From: Eledone cirrhosa
Taxonomy: Eukaryota
Reading direction: 5' to 3'
Assembly: GCA_964016885.1 (NCBI GenBank)
Contig: OZ024740.1
Span: 132,494,001 to 132,558,000, forward strand
Length of the DNA: 64,000 nt
This document shows, piece after piece, positions 27,315 to 46,990 of this stretch. The translations under genes and the position numbers were made by a program. The stretch's first letter is position 1. Every line of letters starts with the position of its first letter. The notes beneath the pieces were generated by a model that was not told the DNA's origin, ran no database searches, and was given only the letters and a program-made list of their open reading frames with translations.

Positions 27315-28402
27315 GGTTTGTTATTTCAATTTCAGCTGCCTTATGTTGTTGATAAATGTGTAGAAATCCGTTTATAAAATGTTGCTTTAGGAGCTTCAAG
27401 TAATATATCATTTAATATAATTTGTTTTCCTTGTTTTTAGATCAATCATTAATGTTTGCTATTGTGCATGGTAACCTACTGTATTAGTTTAAAAACATTT
27501 CGACTGCCACTAACTGACAGTTGAGTGTGATAATATTGTGATTTTAGTTTGTGACACATTTCTAGTGTCGAAAACAATCTGAAATGTTACGTTCATATAA
27601 TTTGATAAACAGATTCGTTTCAATGAGTACTTTTTAATCAGTTCATTTACAGTAGATTTAAATAGGCCAACATTGTAACATACGACGTACGATACAAGAA
27701 TGATTAGTAAAAAAGTTGATGAAATAGTTCACACTTTTATTCGTCGGGTACTGTTGTAGCCTGAATTATAGTATTATTTTTTTTTTTTTTTTAATCCATA
27801 CTAGGAATGTATATATGTTTTAATGGGATTCGTCGCCATGAAATTTAATGTTTATAGCATGGAATTCCTTAATGTAATATTCATTCAGTTATTGGAGTTG
27901 ATTATATCTCTGTAACAGCTCTATATTAGCCAACTACTTCTTAATATCTGATTAGAATGGATGCTGGCATTGAAGATTCACTAAGTATACGCAGATTCCT
28001 AGTCAACCTCATGTCCTTTACATTGTTGTTCACATTTTCTCATTTAACTCCATCCCTTTGATATTAGCTAATTGATGTTTAAAATGCTTATCAGTATCAT
28101 GGAATCCAAAGTAACAAGATTAATTCTATACACCTACTCATTTAAACATATACCAAACAACTCAGTTTGCATTTTGTCAACAGTTCACAAGCAATATATT
28201 TTTTTGTTAACTTTGTTGAGACGAAAATACGATTTTAGTGTTAGAAAAGACACCAGGGCAAAAAAATGATTTTTAACATTCACATGAATGTCTCATACGT
28301 TAAATACGCTCAATGGTCAAAATTATACACTAAACACATACACATATACGTATGTATGCATGTATGAATGTATATATGTATTTATATTAATATGTATGTA
28401 TA

Positions 28403-28473
<71 letters not shown>

Positions 28474-28478
<5 letters not shown>

Positions 28479-28905
28479 ATACTTTGGGAGGGTCATGTTG
28501 CCAATAAAAACACTCGCACCTGTTTGTTTTCACTTCAATGTATTATATATTTCCGGTTGGTTCGTTCGATAACCGGAAGGTTGTGTATATGTACTCAATA
28601 TTTTCGTCCCACATTCTGTGACCACCTCAGTGATTACGTTTTTATTTTTTATTTTGCGTATTTCTTTATTATCTCCTACACCATCTGATGGTGCAGGACA
28701 GAAGAAAGGAGGGACACAAATTTAAAAAAAATACCTGGTCACTGAACAGGTCACAGAATGTGGGATGGAGGAGCTTTGGCAATATATAAACAAACTTCCG
28801 GTTATTGAACCAACCGACAAACCGGAAATTTATAATAAATTGAAGTAAAAACAAACACGAGCATGTGTTATTATTGGCAACATGACCATACCAAATTATA
28901 ACAAT
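28474..28905. mobile_element. Solo foldback of two inverted pLTRs (family of the 11512 PLE)
   Basis: 28474-28665 is inverted relative to ~28715-28905, with diverged arms and degenerate HHRs. Confidence 0.75.
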
Positions 28906-29019
28906 ATATATTTCAACACAGATAAGAAATCTTGCAATACAAATTAAAAAACGAATATATTTGTATATATATATATACAATATATTAATAAATGGAAACT
29001 ATATTTACAAGACCATATT

Positions 29020-29085
29020 TATTTTATTATATATATTTCAAGGGCAACCAAGGCAAATTATGGTGCGCTTTCATCAGATAAAATA
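29020..29085 (-). ncRNA. Type I hammerhead ribozyme in a short insert (28975-29112)
   Basis: Reverse complement reads tattttat-CTGATGA-aagcgcacca...tggttgccctt-GAAA-tatata-TA-ataaaata. A second copy lies at 60095-60160. Confidence 0.85.
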
Positions 29086-29119
29086 CAGATTTGTTTATAA
29101 ATAAATATTGATATACCTC

Positions 29120-29172
<53 letters not shown>

Positions 29173-29273
29173 GACACGTCTGTGTGTCCAACTTTCATTA
29201 CTTTTCCATTCAATCTTTCTTAGAAAATAGCACATGCAATATTAATGCCCCAATATATATATATATATATATC

Positions 29274-29378
<105 letters not shown>

Positions 29379-29380
29379 GT

Positions 29381-29420
<40 letters not shown>

Positions 29421-30884
29421 GTAAGTATGTATGTACGTATCTGTGTATGTGAGGGGGTGTCTCTCCTTTAGTGTGTGTATGTGCGTGTGTTCCTGTGCCT
29501 ATGTGCTTATCCGTGTTTGAAAATATTTCAGTGTAATTTGCTGAATCACTCAGCATACGAGCTTGCATTTTCCAAAAACATGACTCCGTTTTGTGGTCTG
29601 CCTTTTTTCATCCATTTTATATCTCACGTTTCTCTGTGGGATTACTTTGAGAAATAAAAATATAATAATTGCCTTTCTTGCAATATCTCTTTCTCTTTAT
29701 TTGCAATGGTATGTTACATGCTTTAGTTGTTGTTTTTTTGTTTTGTTTTTTTGTAATGTTATGTAACATTTGTTTTCTATTCTATTAGCTTGTTCTTAAT
29801 AGAATATATATTCTCTTATGCAATAGATTATTTCCTATGAATGTTCTTTTGAAGACAAGTGTTAACCTAATTGCGGTAAATTTCAATGCATATTCCACGT
29901 TTATTCTTCTGATGCAAATACGGTGTTTTTTGCAACGGTAATCAATATTTGTTTGATGGAAATTGTTATAATATCATCATAGTATTTGAGCCTTTCACGT
30001 GAACCTTCCTAATTTAGATATTTTCCGAGACATTTGCATTCTACAAATCATTATTTTCCAGGTTTTATTGTTATTATCATTACCTTGGTATTCTTATTAC
30101 CATCTTTAGATCGACAGGCAGGATAGTATTTTAGCAAATACCTTTATGTTCAAATCCAGAGGACGTCCAATTTACTGTTATCTCTTCCATTCATATAGCA
30201 GGATAGATCAGCCGGCTGTCACCTCTCAAAATGTGTGGTATCGTGCCCATCATGTAAATCAATTCTTAATATTGTAATAATTAATACGTTCACAAATTTT
30301 AGTAGTCTAATGTAGCAGTCATATTAGAAACTACTATTATTTATTTCTATTCAGTAATCAAACGTTATTAGATATGACATTGTAAACACACATTCCATGT
30401 TTCCTCTCGTAATGTGATATCTTTGTGAGTGAGAGCTGACATTCAGCTAAGTATCCATTTTATTTCCGAAGCGCTGGAAACAACTTCAGGACAGAGCGAT
30501 ATTATTAGAAATTTTAAATAATCATTATCGAAACTCATTTTAATTACCCTCCTCACATATGATGCACTGACCATTGTGCAATGTATTTGTTTCCAATGGA
30601 TTTTCTTCTATAATTCCTAAGACAATTATTTTTGTTGTGAGTGTTTCGACGTTCGAAGTATCTCTCTTTCCAGGTACTGACTTTTGAATAATCTTTTTAT
30701 ATCATTTTCAGTATCATTATCACCTTTGTGGAAATGATTCTTTCAACGAGAGGCACTTCTTTTCCTGGAGATGCTGACTATGATGCATGAAATATAATAA
30801 TAATATATATATATATATAATAAGGGTTGACGGACCCAGCATATTTATCAATGCCAGTATCGGTTGTATCTCAGCGCACTCAAT

Positions 30885-30979
<95 letters not shown>

Positions 30980-31164
30980 GTGAACAACACAATATATAAC
31001 TACTCCATTACCAAAGATTTCAGAACCCTAGTCGATATTAATATACGCTAATATGCGCTAATTAAATAGTTCTATTATATACATAGAGCACACTTATTCC
31101 GTTGCTTCCTATTCGGAATTACCTAACACACACACACACACACACGCACACAGATATATGTGTT

Positions 31165-36427
<5,263 letters not shown>

Positions 36428-36518
36428 TATCGTGTGTGTGTGTGTGTGTGCTATGCGAGCGACGACAGATCAAAGATATATAACACGTTATTTAAAGTTA
36501 ATTAAAGTTTGCTGGTCC

Positions 36519-36549
<31 letters not shown>

Positions 36550-36678
36550 CCTCTCTCTCTGAATTTCTAACACTTTAATTGTATCTCTCTCTATCTAACG
36601 GCCTATCTCTCTCTACAGTGTTGTCATATAGGAGTGAAGTGCGACAGAGAGAGTAAAGCAGTTAAATTGGCCCTAGAG

Positions 36679-36743
<65 letters not shown>

Positions 36744-37515
36744 AATGTGAAATGGGTGAAAATTGTCTGAGTCGTGTCTGGATACATGCTCTGATTGTCA
36801 TGAAAAGCGACAGGAAGCGACAGGTCTACTTGGGGTTCTCTAAATTTAAAACTGTGTGTAACTGTATAATATATATAATATATTATATGTTTGCTGTATT
36901 AATGTCTTTCCACGTACTCTACCTCTATACATCCATGTACTTTTTACTCCCCTTATTCGGACTTTTACTCGCGTGCACCCTTAGCACACGACACATGATT
37001 GCCCCCCCCCCCCCCCCCGGAACATAAATACTGCAACCTGAACTATATTGTAATTCTCCTATGTCCTGATTTCTCCATCTTACTCCAACACCACTCTTGT
37101 TGGTTTATTTACATGTTTATACCTATATATTGATATGTTTATATATTTATACCTCTGCTGTACCAATGTGCTCTTCCACGTATTCCACTTCTATGTATCC
37201 ATGTAATTCTACTCCTCACATTGGGACCTGTACCCATTAGCAAACGACACTAGAATGTCTCCTCCTGAGAACAAAAATTAAACATTACACGACTATATCC
37301 CATACTCTACATCCCACTAGGATAAATTACAGATCTACATAATACAATTAACGTTTCTTCATAAAAGACTATTTAATTAAACCCCGCAACCCAAAACCTC
37401 ATAGAAGTTATTTGAATGTTTAATCTCCAATTTTCTGTTTGTTCAATTCTCAATCTTCTTACTCCTTAGTTTTATAATGTTATTCTGAATTCTTTCAACT
37501 TCATCCGATAGAGTT

Positions 37516-38525
37516 AAGCAAAATTCTAAAGTTCCAACTTTCTGTCGGACCGTTGGGTGGGTTTTAGCGGCGGCGCGACCAGCTCCCTGGCGAACGGGCT
37601 CACCTGGAGTTCTTGGAAAAATAAATTTCCCCTTCTTTCGGTAAATGAAAATACTCGGCGTGGCTTAATTCGGCATGGGGCCCGGGGCGCGGCCGGTGTT
37701 TTAACCGCCAAATAGTACCTTTAAATTACAGAACAAATCGGAACTATTAGATATATCAACCTGAAACTGTTGAGCTTTAAATTTTCTAACCTCTTTAATA
37801 TGGAATATTGATTATTAATTTATTAATTTTTTAACTTCTTCCTATAAGTCTAAACATTGTAACACACTGACCCCCAATATATTCACCTCTGCTAAGATGC
37901 GAGTCCCTGTGAAAATTTTGTCGCGCCACTCCTGGCCCGACTGTGGTGTGACATTAATATCGACCTTCCTTCCTCTCTCTTTCTATCTTCCTTCTTGTAG
38001 CTATCAACCATTACTCTTTTACTTCTCTAAGCAAAATTTTAAAGTTCCAACTTTCTGTCGGACTGTTGGGTGGGTTTTGATGGCGGCGCGACCGGCTCCC
38101 TGGCGAACGAGCTCACCTGGAGTGCTTGGAAAAATAAATTTCCCCTTCTTTCAGTAAATGAAAATACTCGGCTCGGCTTAATTCGCCATGGGGCCCGGGG
38201 CGCGGCCGGTGTTTTAACCGCCAAATAGTACCTTTAAATTACAGAACAAATCGGAACTATTATATAATTAAATGTTAAACTGTTGAACTTTAAATTTTCT
38301 AACCTCTTTAATATTGAATATTGATTATTAATTTTTTTAACTTCATCCTAGAAGTCTAAACACTGTAAAACACTGACTCCCAATATATTCAAGATGCGGG
38401 TCCCTGTGAACATTTTCTCGCGCCACTCCTGGCATGACTGTGGTCTGACATTAATATCGACCTTTCTTCCTCTTTCTTTCTATCTTCCTTCTTGTAGCCA
38501 TCAACCCTTACTTTTCTACTTCTCT
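37516..38525. repeat. Tandem duplication with a ~513-bp unit and a GC-rich core
   Basis: 37516-38028 and 38029-38525 are highly similar. Confidence 0.92.
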
Positions 38526-38912
38526 CTTCCCTTCCTTCTCGTCTCCCCTCCCCCTGTCTTCCTCCCGCAGACTTATCTTCCTTCCCCCTCTTGCTTGCCT
38601 ATATCTGACCAGTAGTAGTTGCCTTCCTCTTTTAGCTGACATTAACCCTGGTTTCTCTTCTTCTCTCTTCCCCCTTCTTCTCTCTCCTTCCTTTCTTTCT
38701 TTCTTTTACCTTGTGTCATGGGATCGACGTTAACCTATGCTCCCATCCCTTTCTGTTTTCGTTCATCTGACCGGTAGTAGCATACTGTAAAATTTAGCGA
38801 CGTCACTCCAGGGCGACCGGCTGAGGTTGAAGGAACAGAATAGCGGTCGCCCTCGGGTCTCGATTTTCAGCCCCATGGATTTTACCTATTACATTCACGT
38901 ATTATATTTCGA

Positions 38913-38970
38913 ATACCTGATGATATCACCGGATTCATACGGAACCCGGGCATTGAAATAATCATAGTAT
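38913..38970 (+). ncRNA. Type I hammerhead ribozyme
   Basis: atac-CTGATGA-tatcaccgg attc...gaac ccgggcatt-GAAA-t aatc a-TA-gtat. Confidence 0.7.
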
Positions 38971-39022
38971 AATAAACCTTTCAAGGATTTACACAAATCC
39001 AGCCTCCTGTCATTTCATTATG

Positions 39023-39099
<77 letters not shown>

Positions 39100-39141
39100 T
39101 ACACACACACATATAAATATGTGTGTCTGTGTTTATTGGAA

Positions 39142-39539
39142 TTTCGTATTCCAAAGAAATATGGTATGTTTATAAATAAACATTCAGAAACCCATAGTTA
39201 TGCAAAGACACCGGCGGTGTCCAGCAGAATCGAGGGGGACAATCGTCAATGCATTTCGAACTGAACTGGTACGAATCAGGACGATCGCTCCCGCTCTTGG
39301 AACAGCTGATTTTTCAAAGACGAGAAAACTATATATTCTCACCTATTTTCATGTCTAGCAGTTGACAGAGCAGGAGAGATCGTCCTGGTGATGACCAGTT
39401 CAGTTCGAACAGCATCAACGATTGTCCCTCTTGCTTCTGCTGCACACCACCAGGCATGATAGCCGCCGGTATTTTTGCATAGCTACGGCTTTCTAAATGT
39501 TCATTTATAATCATACCATATCTCTTTAGAAATGCGAAG
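39142..39539. repeat. Old diverged foldback with a degenerate HHR in each arm
   Basis: 39142-39308 is inverted relative to ~39356-39539. The arm consensus reads atcgtc-CTGATGA-...-GAAA-tgca-TC-gacgat. Confidence 0.7.
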
Positions 39540-40004
39540 TTCAAATTCATATCTGTATGCTCGAAGCTAAATTCTTATTCTATTATATATATATATATTA
39601 AATTGGTGCTCTGAAATAGCGATGTATATATGAATGTATATATAGTTTATTTGGCAATACACTGTATGCTTAATTAAAAGCATTTTGAAGACCTTAAGCT
39701 TTTGTTTTAAAGTAATGACTATGTCACTTATCTCTTTTTTCAACAAACAAAGGGAGATAAGCTGACAGATTTCTGTTTCATACTGTTGGTATTCATTAGA
39801 GCTTAGCACTCCCATTCGTCTGTTGAAAATTATAAATGATGGATTATTATAGAATACCAGAAATAATCAGGAACTGATTATACAGAGCGGTTGCCGGTCC
39901 AGTAAAAATTGTATATATATATATATATAACTATATATATATATATATATATATAAGTATAATATATATAAATATATAAGTATAATATATATATATATAT
40001 AAAT

Positions 40005-40575
40005 GAAAATAGAGAAATTAATATGAGCAAGTAGCCAACAGTATTTCATAATATATAAGTGACTATAACGTCAAAATGGAAAATATTTAACGTAAGATAT
40101 GGGAAAATAATTCAAGCTTAATTAAAAGAAAAAGTCAAGACAGAAAATTTTGTCCACAGATTTTGTGAAATCCAGGGAAAAAACAAATAGAGTCTAAACT
40201 CATAATAAAATCAATGTTAAATACTTATCCTTCAATTTGGAAAAACTTCATATGCTCTATATTGACTTAAAAAGACTATTTCACGAAACTTTTCAGTGGG
40301 ATTAGTCACGGTTGGAACCGTTCATCAGTAGGGCTCAAAACACGATAACCAAGCCACTGCTAAAATATGCCAGAAAGGTTATTTAAAAGCAGGCTAGTGC
40401 ACCTCGTGCGGAATTATGAAAATAAACACACATGGAGAACATGGCTGGTGACGTCAGAATGAGACGAATGTCTGTTTACAAGAAACAGCAGTCAAAGCAT
40501 TCCGAAAAAAACTCAACAAAAATGTATGGTGATCAGCATATAGCAATATTATCGCATTTTATTTTTAAAAGACCG
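40005..40575 (-). mobile_element. HHR-bearing non-coding element (family of 42580-43585)
   Basis: Reverse complement homologue of ~43020-43585, with an HHR at 40254-40334. Confidence 0.8.
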
Positions 40576-40620
<45 letters not shown>

Positions 40621-40877
40621 TAAATTATCGAGATTCACGTTTCGGCCCACGAAATAACGAAAAACAACCTCCGAGATGTGAGGCAAGTGCTCAATGATTC
40701 AGATGAACCAGAGCTATAACAAACGTTAAAGGCCAAACACACTGAGACGATGGTTAAACAATCATTCGCATAGCCAAAAAAAACGATCAAGTAATTCCGG
40801 TATTGAAATATATATATATATATATATATATATCAGTATATATATATATATAAGTATATATATATATATATGTGTAT

Positions 40878-40977
<100 letters not shown>

Positions 40978-41216
40978 CCGGCTACGTGATTGTGTATAAT
41001 ATATTACTTTATTGACAAAGTAATGTTCAGATTTTCAAACAGGATTTGATTGTAGAAGAGAAATAATTAAATATTTATTCATAAACATCGACGAACAATT
41101 TGATAGATGAGTTTAAAATCTCCTTCATCAAATATGTCAATGCATAAGAGATGAAGCCGGATATATAGGAAAGCATGTATATATAAATATTTTCGTGTCT
41201 TTTTGCGCACATGTGA

Positions 41217-41366
<150 letters not shown>

Positions 41367-41368
41367 AT

Positions 41369-41484
<116 letters not shown>

Positions 41485-41610
41485 CTCAAAATATATATAT
41501 ATATATACATATATATATTTTGAGTATATGTTGGTTGTATACCACAACTCAGTATGCAGATTGGAGCACTCTACGAAGTGTGCAGGTTGGTTTGGTTACT
41601 CCGGAGTAAT

Positions 41611-42550
41611 GTAAAATAAAATAAAATAAATAAGTCAAATGTTTAAAATTTGGCTGTGACCTCTTCAGGCAGTCCGAATTAGTGTGGTAGAGACGAGTAC
41701 ACATGTTGTTGAGGTGTATAACTTTGCCAATACTCTGATATGCCCAGTTCCTGGTTGGATTGTTATTTCACTGAGGAACTGGAGTCATATGAATTTAAAC
41801 AAACGAATGTCGGCGTCAAAGGGCCTCTTCTCCTCTCATTGGTCAGTTGTTAGAACATTCCTCAGTCAAAAGTCTATAGAAATTTGTTCTGAGGCAAGCT
41901 AATCTGTAGTTGTTGTTCTTGTTATTGTTAGGTACATCTGACCTCTATTCTTATATTGGTAGTGGTGTTGTTGTTGGAGTCAGCTAAAAAAAGGTGATAA
42001 AGTGGTAGAAGGGGTAACATGGTAAAGAAACAAAATAAAATAAAATAATTGAACAAAATTCGATTATTTTATTTTGTTCCTTTACCATCTTATTCCTTCT
42101 ACCACTTTATCACCTTTTTTGAGTTGACTCCAACAACAACACCACTACCAATATAAGAATAGAGGTCAGATGTACCTAACAATAACGAGAACAACAACTA
42201 CAGATTGGCTTGCCTCAGAACGAATTTCTATAGACTTTTGACAGGGGAATGTTCTAACAACTGACACATGAGAGGAGAAAAGGCTACTTGACGCCGAAAT
42301 TCGTTTGTTTAAATTCATATGATTCCAGTTCCTCAGTGAAATAACAACCCAACCAGGAACTGGGCATATCAGAGTATTGACAAAATTATACACCTCAACA
42401 ACATGTGTACTCGTCTCTACCACACTAATTCGGACTGCCTGAAGAGGTCACAGCCAAAGATGGCTGTCACCGAAATATATATAGCAGTAATAAACGAAGC
42501 CAAATTTTAAACATTTTACTTATTTATTTTATTTTATTTTATTTTATTTT
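41611..42550. mobile_element. Large foldback (~450-bp arms) of a PLE 3' end
   Basis: 41611-42055 is the reverse complement of 42066-42550. The right arm has a decayed endonuclease-like C-terminus and an intact HHR. Confidence 0.85.
42434..42488 (+). ncRNA. Type I hammerhead ribozyme
   Basis: actgc-CTGAAGA-ggtcacagcca aaga tggctgtcacc-GAAA-tatata-TA-gcagt. Confidence 0.9.
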
Positions 42551-42579
42551 ATATATATATACATACATATATATATATG

Positions 42580-43580
42580 TATGATCGATTCCAACCGTGA
42601 CCATCCCCACTGAAAGTTTCGTGAAATAGTCTTTTTTAAGAATTTCTTTTTTAAAAGTTTCGTGAAATAGTCTTTTTACAGAGCATTTGTAGTTTTTCCA
42701 AATTGAAGGATGAGTATTTTAAACTTTATTTTATTCTGAGTTAAGGCTCTATTGATTTTTTCCCTGGATTTCACTAAATTCTGTGGATGAATCTATATCT
42801 TGATTCTTTTTGAATTGAGTTTGAATTATTTTCCCACATCTTACGTTAACTATTTTTCCATTTTGACGCTATAGTCACTTATATATTATGAATATGGTTT
42901 GCTTCTTGCTCACAATAATTTCTATACTTTTCATTTATATTCATACTCGGATTTCTTTCCTAGAGTGCTTAAAATTATTTATGACTAATCCCGGTCTTTA
43001 ACCCCCCCCCCCCCCCCAAAAAAAACAGCAATAATATTGATTTTGCTGAACTCCTTATATTGTAGAGTTTTTTTAGGAATGTTTTTGACTGTTATTTCAT
43101 GTAAACAGACATTCGACTCATTCTGACGTCACCAGCCCTGTCTCTACGTGTGCGTTTATCTTCCTAATTACGCATGATGTTGAACTAGCCTGTTTTTAAA
43201 TTCCCTTTTTGGCATATTATAAACAGTGGTACTTTGGTTATCGTGTCTTTGAGCTCTGCTGATGATCGACTCCAACCGTGACCATCCCCACTGAAAGTTT
43301 CCTGAAATAGTCTTTTTTAAGATTATACAGAGCATTTGTAGTTTTTCTAAATTGAAGGATGAGTATTTTAAACTTTATTTTATTCTGAGTTAAGGCTCTA
43401 TTGATTTTTCCCTGGATTTCGCTAAATCCTGTGGATGAATCTATATCCTGATTCTTTTTGAATTGAGTTTGAATCATTTTCCCACATCTTACGTTAACTA
43501 TCTTTCCATTTTGACGCTATAGTCCCTTATATATTATGAATACTGTTTGCTTCTTGCTCACAATAATTTATATACTTTTC

Positions 43581-43585
<5 letters not shown>
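42580..43585 (+). mobile_element. Partial tandem (about 1.5 units, ~680-bp period) non-coding HHR element, pLTR- or retrozyme-like
   Basis: 42580-42940 repeats at 43263-43585. (TA)n flanks both sides. Confidence 0.8.
43253..43333 (+). ncRNA. Type I hammerhead ribozyme with atypical stem II
   Basis: gctctg-CTGATGA-(~38 nt)-GAAA-tagtctt tttt aagatta-TA-cagagc. Confidence 0.7.
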
Positions 43586-43647
<62 letters not shown>

Positions 43648-44299
43648 AATGATTGTGTGCAAATAATTGTGTAGATCGCTGAAAATAAACACGTTACTAT
43701 TTCTACCACAAACACTTTTTCATAGAGATGAGGGTGGGAAATAAGCGAGTCTCAAACCCTTTGTCTTCTTGTTAAATAATTGAGTTGTGAAACTATCCGC
43801 CATCCGTTCTAGTCTTGGAGAAGAGTACCAATCATACGGGACCAGCCAGCTTTATGGGAACAGGATCTATGCCAGTCCCCGTATCATTAAACTTTAGGAG
43901 TTTATTCTCTTCATCTCTGAGTGATATTTGATGAACGCGAACGCAAATAATTATATATAATAGCGGGAATATATGTATGTACATCTTCATATACCCTACA
44001 CTAAAATTTACTATACTCTATGCACGGCAGACACCAGACTATCTGGCATCCTATGCAAGGTTAGATTCTGGTAGCCCAGCCCCCCCCCCCCCCCGCTCCG
44101 CACACAGCAAGTGAAATTAAAAAAATTAAATTATCGCTCTATGCTCAAATGCCCTGACACCCCAGTTGAACAGAACAGAGGTTCAATACGAAACAGTGGC
44201 TGTGGAATGCCACGGCCACCCAATTATTTTTTTTTTCTCCAAACTACCAAAACGCACATATATGTGTATATGAGCTGCAATTTATGTACATGTTATGTA

Positions 44300-45020
44300 G
44301 AGACAGATGGGAGATATAGATAGAGATATGGAGACGTGGAGAGTTTAGTGGTAATTAATATAGAGAGGGGAATTGGATGAGAGTTGCGAGTATTTGATAT
44401 ACAGATGGGTAAAAATTGGCGATAATTGATATAGCGGGAGGGATCGGAAGAGAGATTCGTATAGTAGATATAGAGAGGGGGAATGGAAAAGAGTTCCATC
44501 TAGTAGGTATAGAGAGGGGGAGAGTTTCATGGAAATGAATAGAGTGAGAGGATTGATAGAGATAGGTATTGATAGATATAGTGAGGAGGAGAGTGTGTTA
44601 AGTGATGGATAGTGTGAGGGGGAATGAGAGGGATGGTTGTATAATATATATAGAGAGGGGGATAATTTGATGGTAATTGATATAGTGAGAGCTTTTAGGA
44701 AAGTGTGTTCTTTATTAGATATAGAGAGGGGAAGAGAATGATATTTATTGATATAGAGGGGTGTATTGGAAGAGAGTTCCGTGTAGTAGATATAGAGCTG
44801 GAGAGAGTTTGCTGTAAATTGATATATAGAGGAGAATTGGAAGAGAGTTCCGTGTAGTAGATATAGAGAGGAGCAGAGTTTGTTGTTACTTGATATAGTG
44901 AGGGGGATAATTTTTTAGCTGTAAATATACAGAGATGAAGAATGGGAGAGTGCCGTTTAGTAGATACAAAGAGGGTGAGATTCTACGGTTGATTTATAGA
45001 CAGATGGGGATTAGGAGAGA
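44300..45020. repeat. Purine-rich degenerate minisatellite (gatatagagagggg.../agagttccgtgtagta)
   Basis: Recurrent gatatagagag motifs with strong A/G strand bias. Confidence 0.75.
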
Positions 45021-46240
45021 TTGCTAAATTATTGAATACTTCTCACACTAATAGTAACTATTTGGAAACATAATGCAATGTGCTCCTTTGTTCCGAATAG
45101 CCTCTTATCAGACCCCATCAAATATCAATCTGCTGCACTCCATTCTCCGGCTCGAAATACTTCGTCACAAATGATCGACTCCAAGCTGTCATTCTCCGCT
45201 CGTTGATCCCCATCAACAAACTTATTTGTTTGCATTTAAAATAAGTCTTTTAGTCTATATAGCGTCCACTTGCCTCCCACATATGTGCACTTACTCTATC
45301 GGTTATCTTGGATTAGAAGTTTTCTAATTAGAGCACCCTCGGTAAAACATTAATAATTTGGTGAGATCATTCATATCGTTTGAAAATGTACGCAGTACAC
45401 AGATAAAACATAATTTCACCATTCCTATCAACTTATGTGGTGACACCTATCTCAACAAAGGAAGATTGCTCTGCATAGTTTCACGTTTAGTTGGTCCAGA
45501 GTATATTTCATGTATATTTCGAATGCCGTTATGGATTAACAAAATTATATGTATGAATGATTATCACCGAAACTAATCTATTAAGCTTTGTAACTATACA
45601 TTATAATTTTCGTTACAAGACAGTCACCTCAACAGTTGCAATATTACTTGCAACACTTTCTGGATGCATGCATGATCATATATGATATAGCTTTACCTTG
45701 TCATAGGAAATATAAAATGTTAGCATTCTTCTTTATATTCCTTTCAAAGTGTCTTTGCTTCACATATTACGTAATCCCAGGATTTTCCGTAATTGATACA
45801 AAGATTTGTCGAGATAAATCTATACTCAATATCCTTTATTGACATAATTTTATGTATTTCAGAAATTCATTGTGAAGTTTCAATAATACTATGATCAATA
45901 TATTGCTAGTATAGGCTACAGAGTTATGAATCTTACTAAATGCGTCAATGAAAAACATTTGAACTTCAATTTCAATTGAAATTTCTGTTGAATATGGTAA
46001 CAATAAAAATATATATTCTACATTTTCTATATTCTGCATGAACGATTGAATCTATTTTCTTTGTTTCCGTTGTAAGACTTTGCATATACTATATATACAT
46101 ATATGCTCAAATTTACATTCAATCATACATATATATGACTCTAATTTTCATCACTAACGAAGCTGTTTTAGCCGATAACGTAACGCTTAATATTATTACG
46201 TAATTTTCTGTGCACGCCAGCTCGATATGGACATTCGCCA

Positions 46241-46319
<79 letters not shown>

Positions 46320-46712
46320 AATATAAATATATATATATCTCGGCTGGCCATTCCTCTCACTTTCGCTCACTCCCTCTCTGCTCCCCCCCCCCCCCCGTTC
46401 ACTTCCTCCCGTCCGACCTGCTTGAATTTCTTTCCTCTCTCAATCTTCTCGCGGCTCGGACGTGTCTATTTCTCCTCGTCAATTTGATTTGTCGGGCTTA
46501 AGCCCACAGGATTCAGTGACTTGTCTCTATGTTCCTCTGTTTACGTTGCATACCACCATGTGTTTGTTTCCTTCCCTCTATGTCCCACTGTCCCTTAATA
46601 ACTTAATTGAGTTATCGCTCGCACTGATTTTAGGTATCTAGTCTTTGATGAGTCGAAATACCAACGATAATAACAGACTACTGAAAAGGACATTTTACCC
46701 CTTGTCTATTTG

Positions 46713-46923
<211 letters not shown>

Positions 46924-46940
46924 TATATATATATTATATA

Positions 46941-46984
<44 letters not shown>

Positions 46985-46990
46985 AGTGAA

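Larger units (their letters stand above)
36735..39025 (+). mobile_element. Non-coding ~2.3-kb insert in (TA)n with internal tandem repeats and terminal HHR (probable PLE 3' region)
   Basis: Bounded by (TA)n on both sides. HHR at 38913-38970 and a 513-bp tandem duplication. Confidence 0.65.

Noticed and set aside
30062-30126. Possible exon after ttttccag (GFIVIIITLVFLLPSLDRQAG*)
   Set aside because: Short, with no partner exons or recognisable homology. It cannot be supported without RNA data.
37670-37712. Twister-like words on the minus strand, and near 51280
   Set aside because: The required pseudoknot pairings and downstream conserved residues could not be built.
43925-43960. Additional HHR-like words (also near 41080-41135)
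   Set aside because: Core and stems are too degenerate to distinguish from chance.
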